Below are positions 1-10,005 of a stretch of 40,655 bases of DNA, one piece after another (within the stretch, counting starts at the first letter, position 1; the number at the start of each line of letters is the position of its first letter). This stretch comes from Octopus sinensis. Lineage: Eukaryota. Under the pieces are notes generated by a model, which saw only the letters and a program-made list of their open reading frames with translations, was not told where the DNA came from and did no database searches. The position numbers were made by a program, and so were the translations under genes. The stretch is from contig NW_021835363.1 of assembly GCF_006345805.1 (NCBI RefSeq), forward strand, positions 1 through 40,655, in the 5' to 3' direction.

Positions 1-37
1 ACACACATATATGTAGACATACATATATGTACATGTA

Positions 38-90
38 TTCTTTTATTCTTTTACTTGTTTCAGTCATTTGAATGTGGCCATGCTGGGGCA
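38..90 (-). mobile_element. SINE family A, 3' tail fragment
   Basis: Reverse complement of the family A tail (tgctccagcatggccgcagtcaaatgactgaaacaagtaaaaga) seen at 600-655. Confidence 0.7.
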
Positions 91-104
91 TGCATGCGTA
101 CATG

Positions 105-176
105 TATGTATGAATCTATGTATGTATGTATGTATGTATGTATGTATGTATGTATGTATGTATGTATGTATGTATC
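105..176. repeat. (TATG)n microsatellite
   Basis: Direct reading. Confidence 0.95.
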
Positions 177-281
177 TATGTATCTATCAATCTCTCTATC
201 ACTATTGATCAGTCTATCGAATGGTGTACTTCTCATAATGAGGTCCTAAGAGAATTTCGCTGTAGATACAAACATAATATA

Positions 282-660
282 GGCACAGGAGTGGCTGTGT
301 GGTAAGTAGGTAGCTTACCAACCACATGGTCCCGGGTTCAGTCCCACTGCGTGGCACCTTGGGCAAGTGTCTTCCACTATAGCCTCGGGCCGACCAAAGC
401 CTTGTGAGTGGATTTGGTAGACGGAAACTGAAAGAATCCCGTCGTATATATGTATATATATATATATATGTATGTGTATGTGTTTGTGTGTCTGTGTTTG
501 TCCCCCCCCAACATCGCTTGACAACCGATGAGACCGATAGAATAAGTACGAGGCTTACAAAGAATAAGTCATGGGGTCGATGTACTCGACTTAAGGCGGT
601 GCTCCAGCATGGCCGCAGTCAAATGACTGAAACAAGTAAAAGAGTAAAAGAGTAAGAGTA
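282..660 (+). mobile_element. tRNA-derived SINE family A (CORE-like segment, internal TA/TG microsatellite)
   Basis: A-box-like gtggctgtgtggtaag, B-box-like gggttcagtccc, then ccttgggcaagtgtc (CORE-like) and the shared tail. About nine related copies occur in the window. This copy has an internal deletion before gagaccgatag. Confidence 0.9.
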
Positions 661-769
661 TAACTTGTCAAACAGGAACAACGATTCGGTACTCATCCGT
701 CTGCATTACAGCATGACTGCGTTTAACAAATTTTATATGAATAAACAGACCTTTTAACATATCGCATCA

Positions 770-1192
770 GAGAATGAAACGGAATTCTCCGGAAAAGGAT
801 GTGGAGATAACGGATGTGTAATATGGAATAACAACAATAACTTCAAATACATAGATGGGGACACTCACATAAAATTTAAGTGTAGATTCTCGTTCAATAT
901 AAATGCAAATATGAACTGCAAGGCACAAAATCACATCTACTGCATTACTAGCCTCAAATGCAAATAGAATTATATTGGTGAATTTAATAACTCCGATTGC
1001 GAATGCGAAAGAATCCACAGTCAGCAAATCCGACAAGAAGAACTACGGAAAATTCCACTGAGTAGATTTGGAAATATGTGGAGAAGGAAAATTCAAGGTC
1101 TTCCCCTTCTATAAATGCTCAAAGAACGACTCAAACTTACGAAAGTCAATTGAACTATATTTCATAAAGAAGTTCTCACCGAAATTACACGG
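770..1192 (+). mobile_element. Penelope-like element remnant, Zn-linker plus GIY-YIG endonuclease C-terminus (disrupted)
   Basis: Manual translation from 800: CGDNGCVIW...MNCKAQNHIYCITSLKCK*NYIGEF...HSQQIRQEELRKIPLS, then after a frameshift GKFKVFPFYKC...LRKSIELYFIKKFSPKL. This matches the IYxxxCxxC-YIGE and ExYFIKKFxP pattern of PLE GIY-YIG domains. Confidence 0.8.
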
Positions 1193-1475
1193 TTCATTTA
1201 GAAATATGTGGATAGAGAAAATTCAAGGAACGTAGATCATGTTTATGATGTTTTTTAAAGAAATTCAGGTCATAATATATAATTGAGAAACACTTTCCCC
1301 ACAATTAATCTTTTATCAGACTGTATTAAAAATCGTACCGATTCTTACTTTAAAATCACTCTTTCAAAAACATAGACATACACTGCTAAATCAAAAACAT
1401 CTGGAATTTTAACCAAAAGATTTGACTTCTTCAGTTGTGAATATACCAGAAGCACATAAATACAGATACATACAT

Positions 1476-1525
1476 CTATAATATACTATATATATATAAT
1501 ATTATATATATATATATATATATAT

Positions 1526-1569
<44 letters not shown>

Positions 1570-1610
1570 GTATATATATATGTATATATGTATATATATA
1601 TGTATATATA

Positions 1611-1641
<31 letters not shown>

Positions 1642-1660
1642 ATATTTATATATATACATA
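1476..1660. repeat. (TA)n-rich microsatellite
   Basis: Direct reading. Confidence 0.95.
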
Positions 1661-1789
1661 TACAGAACATACGTTATACTTTCATATACGAACGCTCATA
1701 CATACATACATCAATATAACCATTCTTTACCCCTTACATTTATGAATACAAAAGAAATAAAAAAAAGTTAGACCTTGAAATGTAATTAT

Positions 1790-1900
1790 AATTCAGACTG
1801 GAGAAAATCAAAATCAACATCTGGTTTTCCAATTAAAAACTTTGACCATTTGAATACAAAAAATTTCTTTCCTTCTCCACTCAAAAGGTCGCTAAAAAGA
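1790..1900 (+). mobile_element. Possible second PLE GIY-YIG C-terminal fragment
   Basis: One frame reads NQHLVFQLKTL, resembling the EQHLIFxLxTL end of PLE ORFs. A related segment at about 1385-1430 reads NQKHLEF. A pyrimidine-rich tract follows. Confidence 0.3.
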
Positions 1901-2261
1901 ATAAAAAACAACATATTGAGTTCTAATTTAGCAAATTTGACCACGCGTTCTTTACCTTTCCCTCCCCCTAAAACATTTTTCTTCCTCCTCAAACTCCCAA
2001 AATACTCCTAATTTCTTTTCTCTTCTCTACATTCCCTATCTCCCACTTTCCCTTCCTCTCTCACCCCTGCACCTTCCTTTCTAATTTGTTCTCTTGCCCC
2101 TCTCTCCCCTCTCTCTTTCTAAGACATCGTCAGCGTCAATTTTAAAATTCGAAGTAAACTTACTATAAACCACTTTTTTGATAAATACGATAACGAAAGA
2201 AAACGCCAAAAAAATTTAGATCAAAATATATAATCATCCATTCTTACTACCTTAATATTTT

Positions 2262-2601
2262 CACATGGTCCCGGGTTCAGTCCCATTTCGTGGCACCTTG
2301 AGCTAGTGTCTTCTATTATAGCCCCGGGCTCACCAAAGCCTTGTGAGTGGATTTGGTAGGCGGAAACTGAAAGAAGCCCGCCGTATATATATGTTTGCGT
2401 GTCTGTGTTTGTCCCCCACCATTGCTTGACAACCGATGTTGGTGTGTTGACGTCTACATAACTTGGCGATTCGGCAAAAGTGAACGACAGAATAAGTAGT
2501 AGGCTTACAACGAATAAGCCCGGGGGTCGATTTGCTCGACTTAAGGCGGTGCCCCAGTATGGCTGCACTGAAATGACTGAAGCAAATAACAGAATAAAAG
2601 A
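2262..2601 (+). mobile_element. SINE family A, 5'-truncated
   Basis: Colinear with 282-660 from cacatggtcccggg to the tail. Confidence 0.88.
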
Positions 2602-2603
2602 CT

Positions 2604-2653
2604 ACACACACACACACACACGCAAACACATACACACACACATACACACACAC

Positions 2654-2724
<71 letters not shown>
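2604..2724. repeat. (CA)n then (TA)n microsatellite
   Basis: Direct reading. Confidence 0.95.
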
Positions 2725-2741
2725 CAAAATTAGCCACAAGG

Positions 2742-2892
2742 ATATCCAGAGGTAATGCAGTAAGATCGTTTCATGCAACTCCATTTAATTGAACAATGCA
2801 ATCATTACATCAATTTAAAATGCAGACCAATCCTCAGCTGCACAAAGACATAGAAATGAATTAAACGATCGTACTGCATTACCTCCGGATAT
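2742..2892. mobile_element. Small MITE-like element, about 30-bp terminal inverted repeats (TIRs), probable TA TSD
   Basis: 2742-2771 atatccagaggtaatgcagtaagatcgttt is the reverse complement of 2863-2892 with 2 mismatches. Confidence 0.6.
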
Positions 2893-3200
2893 TCCTGTTG
2901 CTTATTTTGATTTTAATTACCTTTAAAATTATATGGATAATACCAAACTAAAAACTGTTGCCTCAACTTAAGTACCATATTCATCTTAATCTAAATTTTT
3001 GTTATATATATATATATGTCCTATAAGTTCGCCTACGTGAAAAGTTTTTGAATATGTATACAGAAGCCCTTATTCTATTATGTTGGATACAGACTAACGT
3101 TACCAACTGGCAACAACAGTCTTTTGCGGTTGAACCGAGTTGTGACGATATAATGTAGGATAAATATAGTAATAATGATAATAATCGTTTCTACAATAGG

Positions 3201-3396
3201 CGAAAAATGTGAAATTCGGCGGGAGGGTACTAGTCGATTACATCGACTCCAGTGTTTCACTGGTATTTAATTTATCGACTCCGAATTGAAGAAAAGCAAG
3301 GTCAACCTCGGCGGAATTTGAAGAAAGAACTTAAAGACTAAATGCCGCTAAACATTTTGCCCGGCATGCTAATGATTCTACCAGCTCGCCGCCTTA
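3201..3396 (-). mobile_element. tRNA-derived SINE family B, monomer with tail type 2
   Basis: Reverse complement starts aaggcggcgagctggtagaatcattagc and contains the ccgaggttgac...gtcgataaattaa body. Confidence 0.8.
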
Positions 3397-3398
3397 GA

Positions 3399-3469
<71 letters not shown>
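3399..3469. repeat. (AAT)n microsatellite
   Basis: Direct reading. Confidence 0.95.
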
Positions 3470-3470
<1 letters not shown>

Positions 3471-3998
3471 TTAACTGACTGGAAGTGTTATCATGTACAT
3501 TGTTTTGTCTTGGTATAAAAGATGGGCCACAGCAAATATTCTGCTCAATACCACAGATTTGCTTGTCAGTTGTTTGACCTTAACCAGTTGAGCATGTCCC
3601 TTAGTGGCTGACGATATGTGCATTTCTGATTACGAGCAGAAGTAGTGGGGGAGCATCATAGCCATGTGTTGAGAAGAATTCTTTGGGGGTTTGGATAATT
3701 CACCTTTGGAAACATGGGTGTTTTGTTCAACATCCTTAAACAACCCTTATTCAGGAACCCCTTGAGCGGGATGGGCTACTCAACCTGAAGAAAATTCTAA
3801 CTGGGCCCCACCTGCAAGGTCATGTGCTGGTTATCTTGATATGAGATCACCATGTCGCGCACATATGGTTGTGATGCATGTGCCTGGTGTACCCTTATCA
3901 GACGTGTAGTCATGATGGGTATATTGGGCTTCGTATATTTTACCCCAGTGTCACTTTGATGGCATGCACTGCCCTCTCACTCAATAATAATAATAATG

Positions 3999-4046
<48 letters not shown>

Positions 4047-4089
4047 TAATAATAATAATAATAATAATATAATAATAATGATAATAATG
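3470..4089 (+). mobile_element. Probable 5'-truncated LINE 3' UTR ending in an (AAT)n tail
   Basis: About 510 bp of higher-GC complex sequence between two (AAT)n tracts, ending ctctcactc(aat)n. I recall it as a high-copy octopus repeat. It has no informative ORF and its orientation is inferred. Confidence 0.5.
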
Positions 4090-4096
4090 ACAATTA

Positions 4097-4161
4097 TCTC
4101 TAGGAATGATAAAAAATGTACTGAAACCTATTTGAAGATGATACCAGACATACCATCCCTG
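4097..4161 (+). mobile_element. Short fragment of an R4/Dong-like RLE retrotransposon
   Basis: ctctaggaatgataaaaaatgtactgaaacctatttgaagatgatacc matches the minus-strand element at about 20055-20130 (SLGMIK..TETYLKMIPDIPSL). It lies directly after (AAT)n. Confidence 0.7.
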
Positions 4162-4272
4162 TTGCATATTTTCAGTGACTTTGGTGGTTCAGTTGGAGGT
4201 TTTTGCTTCCAGTTTCTAGCAAGCTAGTATTTCGTGTACCTTCTAATATAATTAGGAATATATATATATATG

Positions 4273-4556
4273 AGTTTCGGGATCGATAAATTACGCACTG
4301 GGGTTGATGTAATCGACTTAATCCGTTTGTCTGTCCTTGTTTGTCCCCTCTGTGTTTAGCCCCTTGTGAGTAGTAAAGAAATAGCTATTTCGTCTGTCTT
4401 TATGTTCTGAGTTCAAAATCCCGTTGAGGTCGACTTTGCCTTTTCTCCTTTCGGGGTCGATAAATTAAGTACTAGTTGCGTACTGGGGTCGATTTAATCG
4501 ACTGGTCCCCTCTCCCAAAATTTTGTGCCTTGTGCCTAGAATACAAAAAGAACATT
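4273..4556 (+). mobile_element. SINE family B dimer, 5'-truncated, tail type 2
   Basis: Tail 1, then a second unit starting (g)ctatttcgtctg, ending ccttgtgcctagaatacaaaaagaa. Confidence 0.85.
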
Positions 4557-4557
4557 T

Positions 4558-4961
4558 AAGACGGCGAGCTGGCAGAAACTTTAGCATGCCGGGCCAAATG
4601 CTTAGCGGTATTTCGTCCGCCGCTGCGTTCTGAGTTCAAATTCCGCCGAGGTCGACTCTGCCTTTCATCCTTTCGGGATCGATGAAATAAGTACCAGTTA
4701 TGCACTGGGGTCGATAAAATTGACTTAATCCGTTTGTCTGTCCTCGCTTGTCCCCTCAGTGTTTAGCCCCTTGTGGGTAGTAAAGAAATAGGTATTTCGT
4801 GTGCCGTTACGTTCTGAGTTCAAAAGTCCGTTGAGGTCGACGTTGCCTTTCGTCATTTCAGGATCGCTAAATTAAGTACCAGTTGCGGACTGGGGTGGAT
4901 CTAATGGACTAGTCGCCCCCCCCCCCCCAATGTTGGGCCTTGTGCCTAGGGCAGAAAAGAA
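4558..4961 (+). mobile_element. SINE family B dimer, full length, tail type 2
   Basis: Head acggcgagctggcagaaactttagc, B-box gagttcaaattcc, and a second unit from 4791 ggtatttcg. Confidence 0.88.
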
Positions 4962-5239
4962 ACTAGGAGTAAATACCTTCTTTAGTATAGTGTATACGTG
5001 TCCCCTATGCGTTTGAGCTTTCTGTTGCCTTCCACACTACTCAATACTCAATATTATAGGGAAAATAGACTTCCCCTTCCAGAATTCAAATTAACAGCAA
5101 GATTTTTATGAGTGCCCCACTTTTGTAATGCAAAACATGTATGAGTTTATACATACATACAGACACATACATGTGTGTCTTGGTGTGCGTGTAGGTTTTC
5201 GTATATATCTATATCTGTCTGCGTGTGTATGAATGTATG

Positions 5240-5648
5240 GGGCTGTGTGGTAGGAAGCTACGTGCAGGTGGGGCTGTCTATTAAGAATCTTGCTTCCCAA
5301 CCACATGGTTCTGGGTTCAGCCCCACTGCGTGGCACATTGGCCAAGTGTCCTTTACTATAGCCTTGGAATGACCAAATTTTTGTGAGTAGATTATTTGGT
5401 AGGCGGAAAATGAAAGAAGCCTGTGATATGTATGTATGTATATGTTTGTGTGTCTGTTTGTTCCTCCCATCGCTTAACAACCAATGACGCTGTGTTTACG
5501 TCCCCGAAACGTAGCAGTTCGGCAAAAACAAACTATAGAATAAGTACTAGGCTTACAAAAAATAAGCCCCGAGTTCGATTTGTTCGACAAAAGACTGTGC
5601 ACCAGCATGGCCGCTGTCAAATGACTCAAACAAGTATAAGAATAAAAG

Positions 5649-5649
<1 letters not shown>
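5240..5649 (+). mobile_element. SINE family A, diverged copy followed by (TATC)n
   Basis: Colinear with 282-660; (TATC)n at 5651-5711. Confidence 0.85.
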
Positions 5650-5711
<62 letters not shown>

Positions 5712-5763
5712 CTAAATATATATATATATATATATATAGATATATATATAATATATATATAAT

Positions 5764-5905
5764 ACTGTTGTTCTGGGAGAGTCATTTTCTTTTTGTGCCG
5801 TATAATTTAACACACTCACACGGTAAAATTTCCACTTTTTACCGGTGAGGTGTTTTAAATTATACGGCACAAAAAGAAAATGACTCTCCCCAGACACAAC
5901 AGAAT
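5764..5905. repeat. Fold-back element with perfect 36-bp inverted arms next to (TA)n
   Basis: 5775-5810 gggagagtcattttctttttgtgccgtataatttaa is the exact reverse complement of 5855-5890. Imperfect pairing continues inward and outward. Confidence 0.9.
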
Positions 5906-6009
5906 ATGATTCAACACACGAACTCACATAAAGTCTCTTGCAAAGCAAATCCCCAAACGAAATATATATATATGCAATGTTATATATATATATATAATAT
6001 ATATACATA

Positions 6010-6391
6010 TGTGGAGGCGCAAGGGCCCAGTGGTTAGGGCAGCGGACTATGTGGGGGCGCAATGGCCCAGTGGTTAAGGCAGCGGACTCGCGGTCGTAGG
6101 ATCGCGGTTTCGACTCCCAGACCGGGCGTTGTGAGTGTTTATTGAGCGAAAACACCTAAAGCTCCACGAGGCTCCGGCAGGGGATGGTGCTGATCCCTGC
6201 TGTACTCTTTCACCACAACTTTTTCTCTCTCTTACTTCCTGTTTCTGTTGTACCTTGTATTTCAAAGGGCCGGCCTTGTCACTCTCTGTATCACGCTGAA
6301 TATCCCCGAGAACGTTAATTTCACGAGCAGGCTGTTCCGTTGATCGGATCAACCGGAACCCTCGTCATTGTAACCGACGGAGTGCTTCCAC
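6010..6391 (+). mobile_element. tRNA-derived SINE family C with duplicated 5' head and an internal deletion
   Basis: Head gtggaggcgcaa.ggcccagtggttagggcagcggact occurs twice (6011, 6051). B-box ggtttcgactccc. About 50 bp present in other copies is missing near 6312. Confidence 0.9.
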
Positions 6392-6571
6392 ATATACTTA
6401 TGCTGTAGAAAACACGTATCATTAGCTATTCATGTCTTTGATATTTGCATTTTGTTCAATGTTTAAATTAAGCCAGACTGTCATGAATATTCATAACTTT
6501 ACATATTATGTGCACGCTGCTGTTTGGCTATGTATATATAAATGTATATATAATGTATATATAATATATAT

Positions 6572-6629
<58 letters not shown>

Positions 6630-6768
6630 ATTACAAACGCTACTTACATATAAAGATGTAAAATTATGAATATTCATGGGAGTCTGATTTATATATATAT
6701 TATATATTTAGTGTGTGTGTGTGTGGTGTATGTATATATATATTATATATATATAACATATATATATA

Positions 6769-6826
<58 letters not shown>

Positions 6827-6857
6827 TGGAAGTTTAGGAGATGACGTACAGCATTTT

Positions 6858-7014
6858 ATATTAGAAGAAATGAGGTACTCAAAGATTCGGATGGTTTTAT
6901 ATTTACAGGTATTCATTTCTAAGATATATGATCTATAAAAACATGTAATTTACAAATAAATATCTGTAAATATAAAACCATCCGAATTTCTGAGTACCTC
7001 ATTTCTTCTAATAT
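6858..7014. repeat. Fold-back element with 56-bp inverted arms in (TA)n context
   Basis: 6858-6913 versus the reverse complement of 6959-7014: 3 mismatches, 45-bp spacer. Confidence 0.9.
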
Positions 7015-7444
7015 ATATATATATATATACAAAAAGCAATAAAGATTCAAGTTAATTTAAATGAATTTACTTGAATATGGTACCTAACTTAGATGCACCA
7101 AAACAAACTATACGGTTTTAACAATACAGTAATGTGGGGTGATTATAAGCGAGAAAGAAGCAACAAGAATGGATAGGTTTTTAGTACAATCGTTTCATAC
7201 AAGGACAGGCTTTATTAACAGTTGCAAAATTGCAGCATATAAACGTGTCCCGTACTCATCAGCTAAAATACATGTGAGTTCTCTAGACATCCTAGTGGTT
7301 GAGGCTATACTCATGAAGTAATGTAGATAATTAAGTAACATAAACAGATTTCCAAAGTTCATTAAAGTTCTTTAAAGATGATGTACAGTCTTATCACAGA
7401 ATTTTAAAAAAGTTTTAATAGCATCACAGAGAAGGTGACTTAAT

Positions 7445-7707
7445 CCATGGTGTACATATGAATTTCCAGAGATATGAGGAGGGATTACATACTCACAGAC
7501 GACAAATTATCCATTGCTAATCACAACGAGGTGGGTTTCAATTCCTGCTTATTAGCATTACCGAGAGGGTGAATTAATCCTTTGTATAGATGCACAATTT
7601 CCAATGGTGTAGATGTAAATTTCCAGAGAAATGAAGAGGAATTTCATATTCACAGGCGATAAATTTATCAATGGTTGAACACAATGAGGTGGGTATCAAT
7701 TCTTGCT
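7445..7707. repeat. Diverged direct repeat, two copies of about 105 bp, period about 157 bp
   Basis: ccatggtgtacatatgaatttccagagatatgagg...gaggtgggtttcaattcctgct versus ccaatggtgtagatgtaaatttccagagaaatgaag...gaggtgggtatcaattcttgct. Confidence 0.85.
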
Positions 7708-7961
7708 ATATGATTAGGTATTTGCCACATTAATCACATTACTGCTATTTTCAAGAGACTGTAGATATTTAACTTTTATATATATAATAAATATTAGGGA
7801 ATAAATCCAAATTTACAGGGAAAAAATCAGATTTAGGATTAAATCCAATTTTATAGTAAAATATTATAAAATATTATTAGAGACAAAACCACTATTTTGC
7901 AAAACAAACAAGGAAAGACTTAATCAATACATAAAATTTTAATAAATAGTCAAAAAAACCG

Positions 7962-8004
7962 CCACTACAATTGTTTCTTGTCTTGATCGACAATCTTCAG
8001 GTGG
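7962..8004 (-). ncRNA. Minimal type I hammerhead ribozyme (mirror copy)
   Basis: Exact reverse complement of 8070-8112. Confidence 0.8.
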
Positions 8005-8069
8005 ACTTCCAATAAGTCAGTTTCAAATTATGAAGTCAATTCATAATTTGAAACTGACTTATTGGAAGT

Positions 8070-8112
8070 CCACCTGAAGATTGTCGATCAAGACAAGAAA
8101 CAATTGTAGTGG
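8070..8112 (+). ncRNA. Minimal type I hammerhead ribozyme, PLE type
   Basis: Stem I ccac/gtgg; core CUGAAGA (8074-8080); stem II uuguc-gaucaa-gacaa; GAAA (8097-8100); palindromic stem III ACAAUUGU; cleavage triplet GUA with predicted cut after 8108. Confidence 0.85.
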
Positions 8113-8199
8113 CGGTTTTTTTGACTATTTATTAAAATTTTATGTATTGATTAAGTCTTTCCTTGTTTGTTTTGCAAAATAGTGGTTTTGTCTCTAATA

Positions 8200-8298
<99 letters not shown>

Positions 8299-8550
8299 TG
8301 TATGTATGTTGTATGCATGTATGTATGTATGCATGTATATATATATATACATATATATAAATATATGTATTTATATATATGTGCTTATATATATGTCCAC
8401 ACACACATATATGTATATGTATACATACACAGACTCAAACACACATACGCCTACACTCAAACGTAGATGCTACGAATTTTCAATCATATGCACACATTTA
8501 TAATTATATGTAAAATCTATACCAATCTGTATATTAATATATATAATATA

Positions 8551-8936
8551 GTGGCACTGGGTTTGTTCCGACGACGAGGGAGGGACCGAGTTGATCCGAT
8601 CAACGGAACAGCCTGCTCGAGAATTAACGTGCAAGTGGCTGGGCACTCCACAGACACGTGTACCCCTTGACGTAGTTCTCGGGGAGATTCAGCGTGACAC
8701 AGTGTGTGACAGGGTTGGTCCTTTGAAATATAGGTACCACAGAAACAGGAAGAAAGAGTGAGAGAAAGTTGTGGTGAAAGAGTACAGCAGGGTTCACCAC
8801 TACCCACTGCCGGAGCCTCGTGGAACTTTGGGTGTTTTCGCTCAATAAACACTCACAAGGCCCGGTCTGGGAAGCGAAATCGCAATCCTCCGACCGCGAG
8901 TCCGCTGTCCTAACCACTGTGCCATTGCGCCTGCAC
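8551..8936 (-). mobile_element. SINE family C, full length
   Basis: Reverse complement of the 6050-6391 consensus, including the segment deleted there. Confidence 0.9.
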
Positions 8937-9111
8937 AAATATACGCACGCACACACACACAGAGCATATATACATCTACCTACATGCAAACACATACAAG
9001 CATATATTTTTCCATGTCAGTCTCTGTATTTTCGGCACTCTTTTATATATAAAAGAAAAACACACACGCAGAGATTTCTAATCGTATATTATACTTATGT
9101 GCATACATGTA

Positions 9112-9157
<46 letters not shown>

Positions 9158-9185
9158 CATATACATACATACATGCTTTCGTTTT

Positions 9186-9415
9186 TTTCTTTTTTCTTTT
9201 ATCTGTTTCAGCCATTTGACTGCGGCCATGCTGGAGCACCGCCTTTAGTCGAACAAATCGACCCCAGGACCTATTCTTTGTAAGCCTAGTACTTACTGTA
9301 TCTTTTCCTTTTGCCGAACTGCTAAGTTACGGGGATGTGAACACACCAACATCGGTTGTCAAGTGATGGTATGGGAACAAACACACACACAAACATGCAC
9401 ACACACACAGAGAAA

Positions 9416-9448
<33 letters not shown>

Positions 9449-9653
9449 ACACAGAAACACACACAAAACATACATAAACACATACACACATATATACACG
9501 ACGGGCTTCTTTCAGTTTCTGTCTATGAAATCCACTCACAAGGCTTTGGTCGGCCGAGACTATAGTAGAAGGCACTTGTTCAAAGTGCCACGCAGTTGGA
9601 CTGAACCGAGAGCCATGTGGTTGGTAGGCAAGCTACTTACCACACAGCCACTC
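9186..9653 (-). mobile_element. SINE family A, full length with internal (CA)n
   Basis: Reverse complement of family A from head to tail. Confidence 0.9.
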
Positions 9654-10005
9654 AATATAAATGTAAATGCTTATGTATATATTTGTATGTTAGTGGATAT
9701 ATGTTACGTACATACTTGTATTAGTGAGTCTATAGATTCGTGTGCATATCTCTTCAGGACTCAAATCAAATAAAACTTACACGTATTTCCAAGGGGAATC
9801 AGAAGCAATAACGACCGAAGGGAACAAGAGGGCGATCGAAAAATATACGTATACGCGTGAGGAACCAACTTAAGTTCAAGGAAACATATCTGGTTAGGGT
9901 TGGATTTTATGTCCTATGCAAAGAAAAGTGTTTCAATGCGGCGCATAGTGTTAGGATTCATATAGTGCCTTTCGATTCTTGTCAACGAATATTCTTTTTT
10001 TTTTA

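Larger units (their letters stand above)
7865..8209. mobile_element. Perfect palindrome (170-bp arms, 5-nt loop), probable inverted PLE pseudo-LTR
   Basis: 7865-8034 is the exact reverse complement of 8040-8209; loop gtcaa. Each arm carries a hammerhead motif. The right end runs into (TA)n. Confidence 0.85.

Noticed and set aside
3784-3810. Other CTGANGA matches as hammerheads (3784, 7256 minus, 22860, 27028, 29625)
   Set aside because: They have no stem II followed by GAAA and no stem I pairing.
5930-5975. Possible decayed hammerhead next to the 36-bp fold-back
   Set aside because: GAAA is present but the CUGANGA core and stem II are not recoverable.
6051-6125. tRNA-like sequences at SINE heads (also 17777, 25305, 36652)
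   Set aside because: A and B boxes are present, but they run directly into SINE bodies and lack a complete acceptor stem, so they are not tRNA genes.
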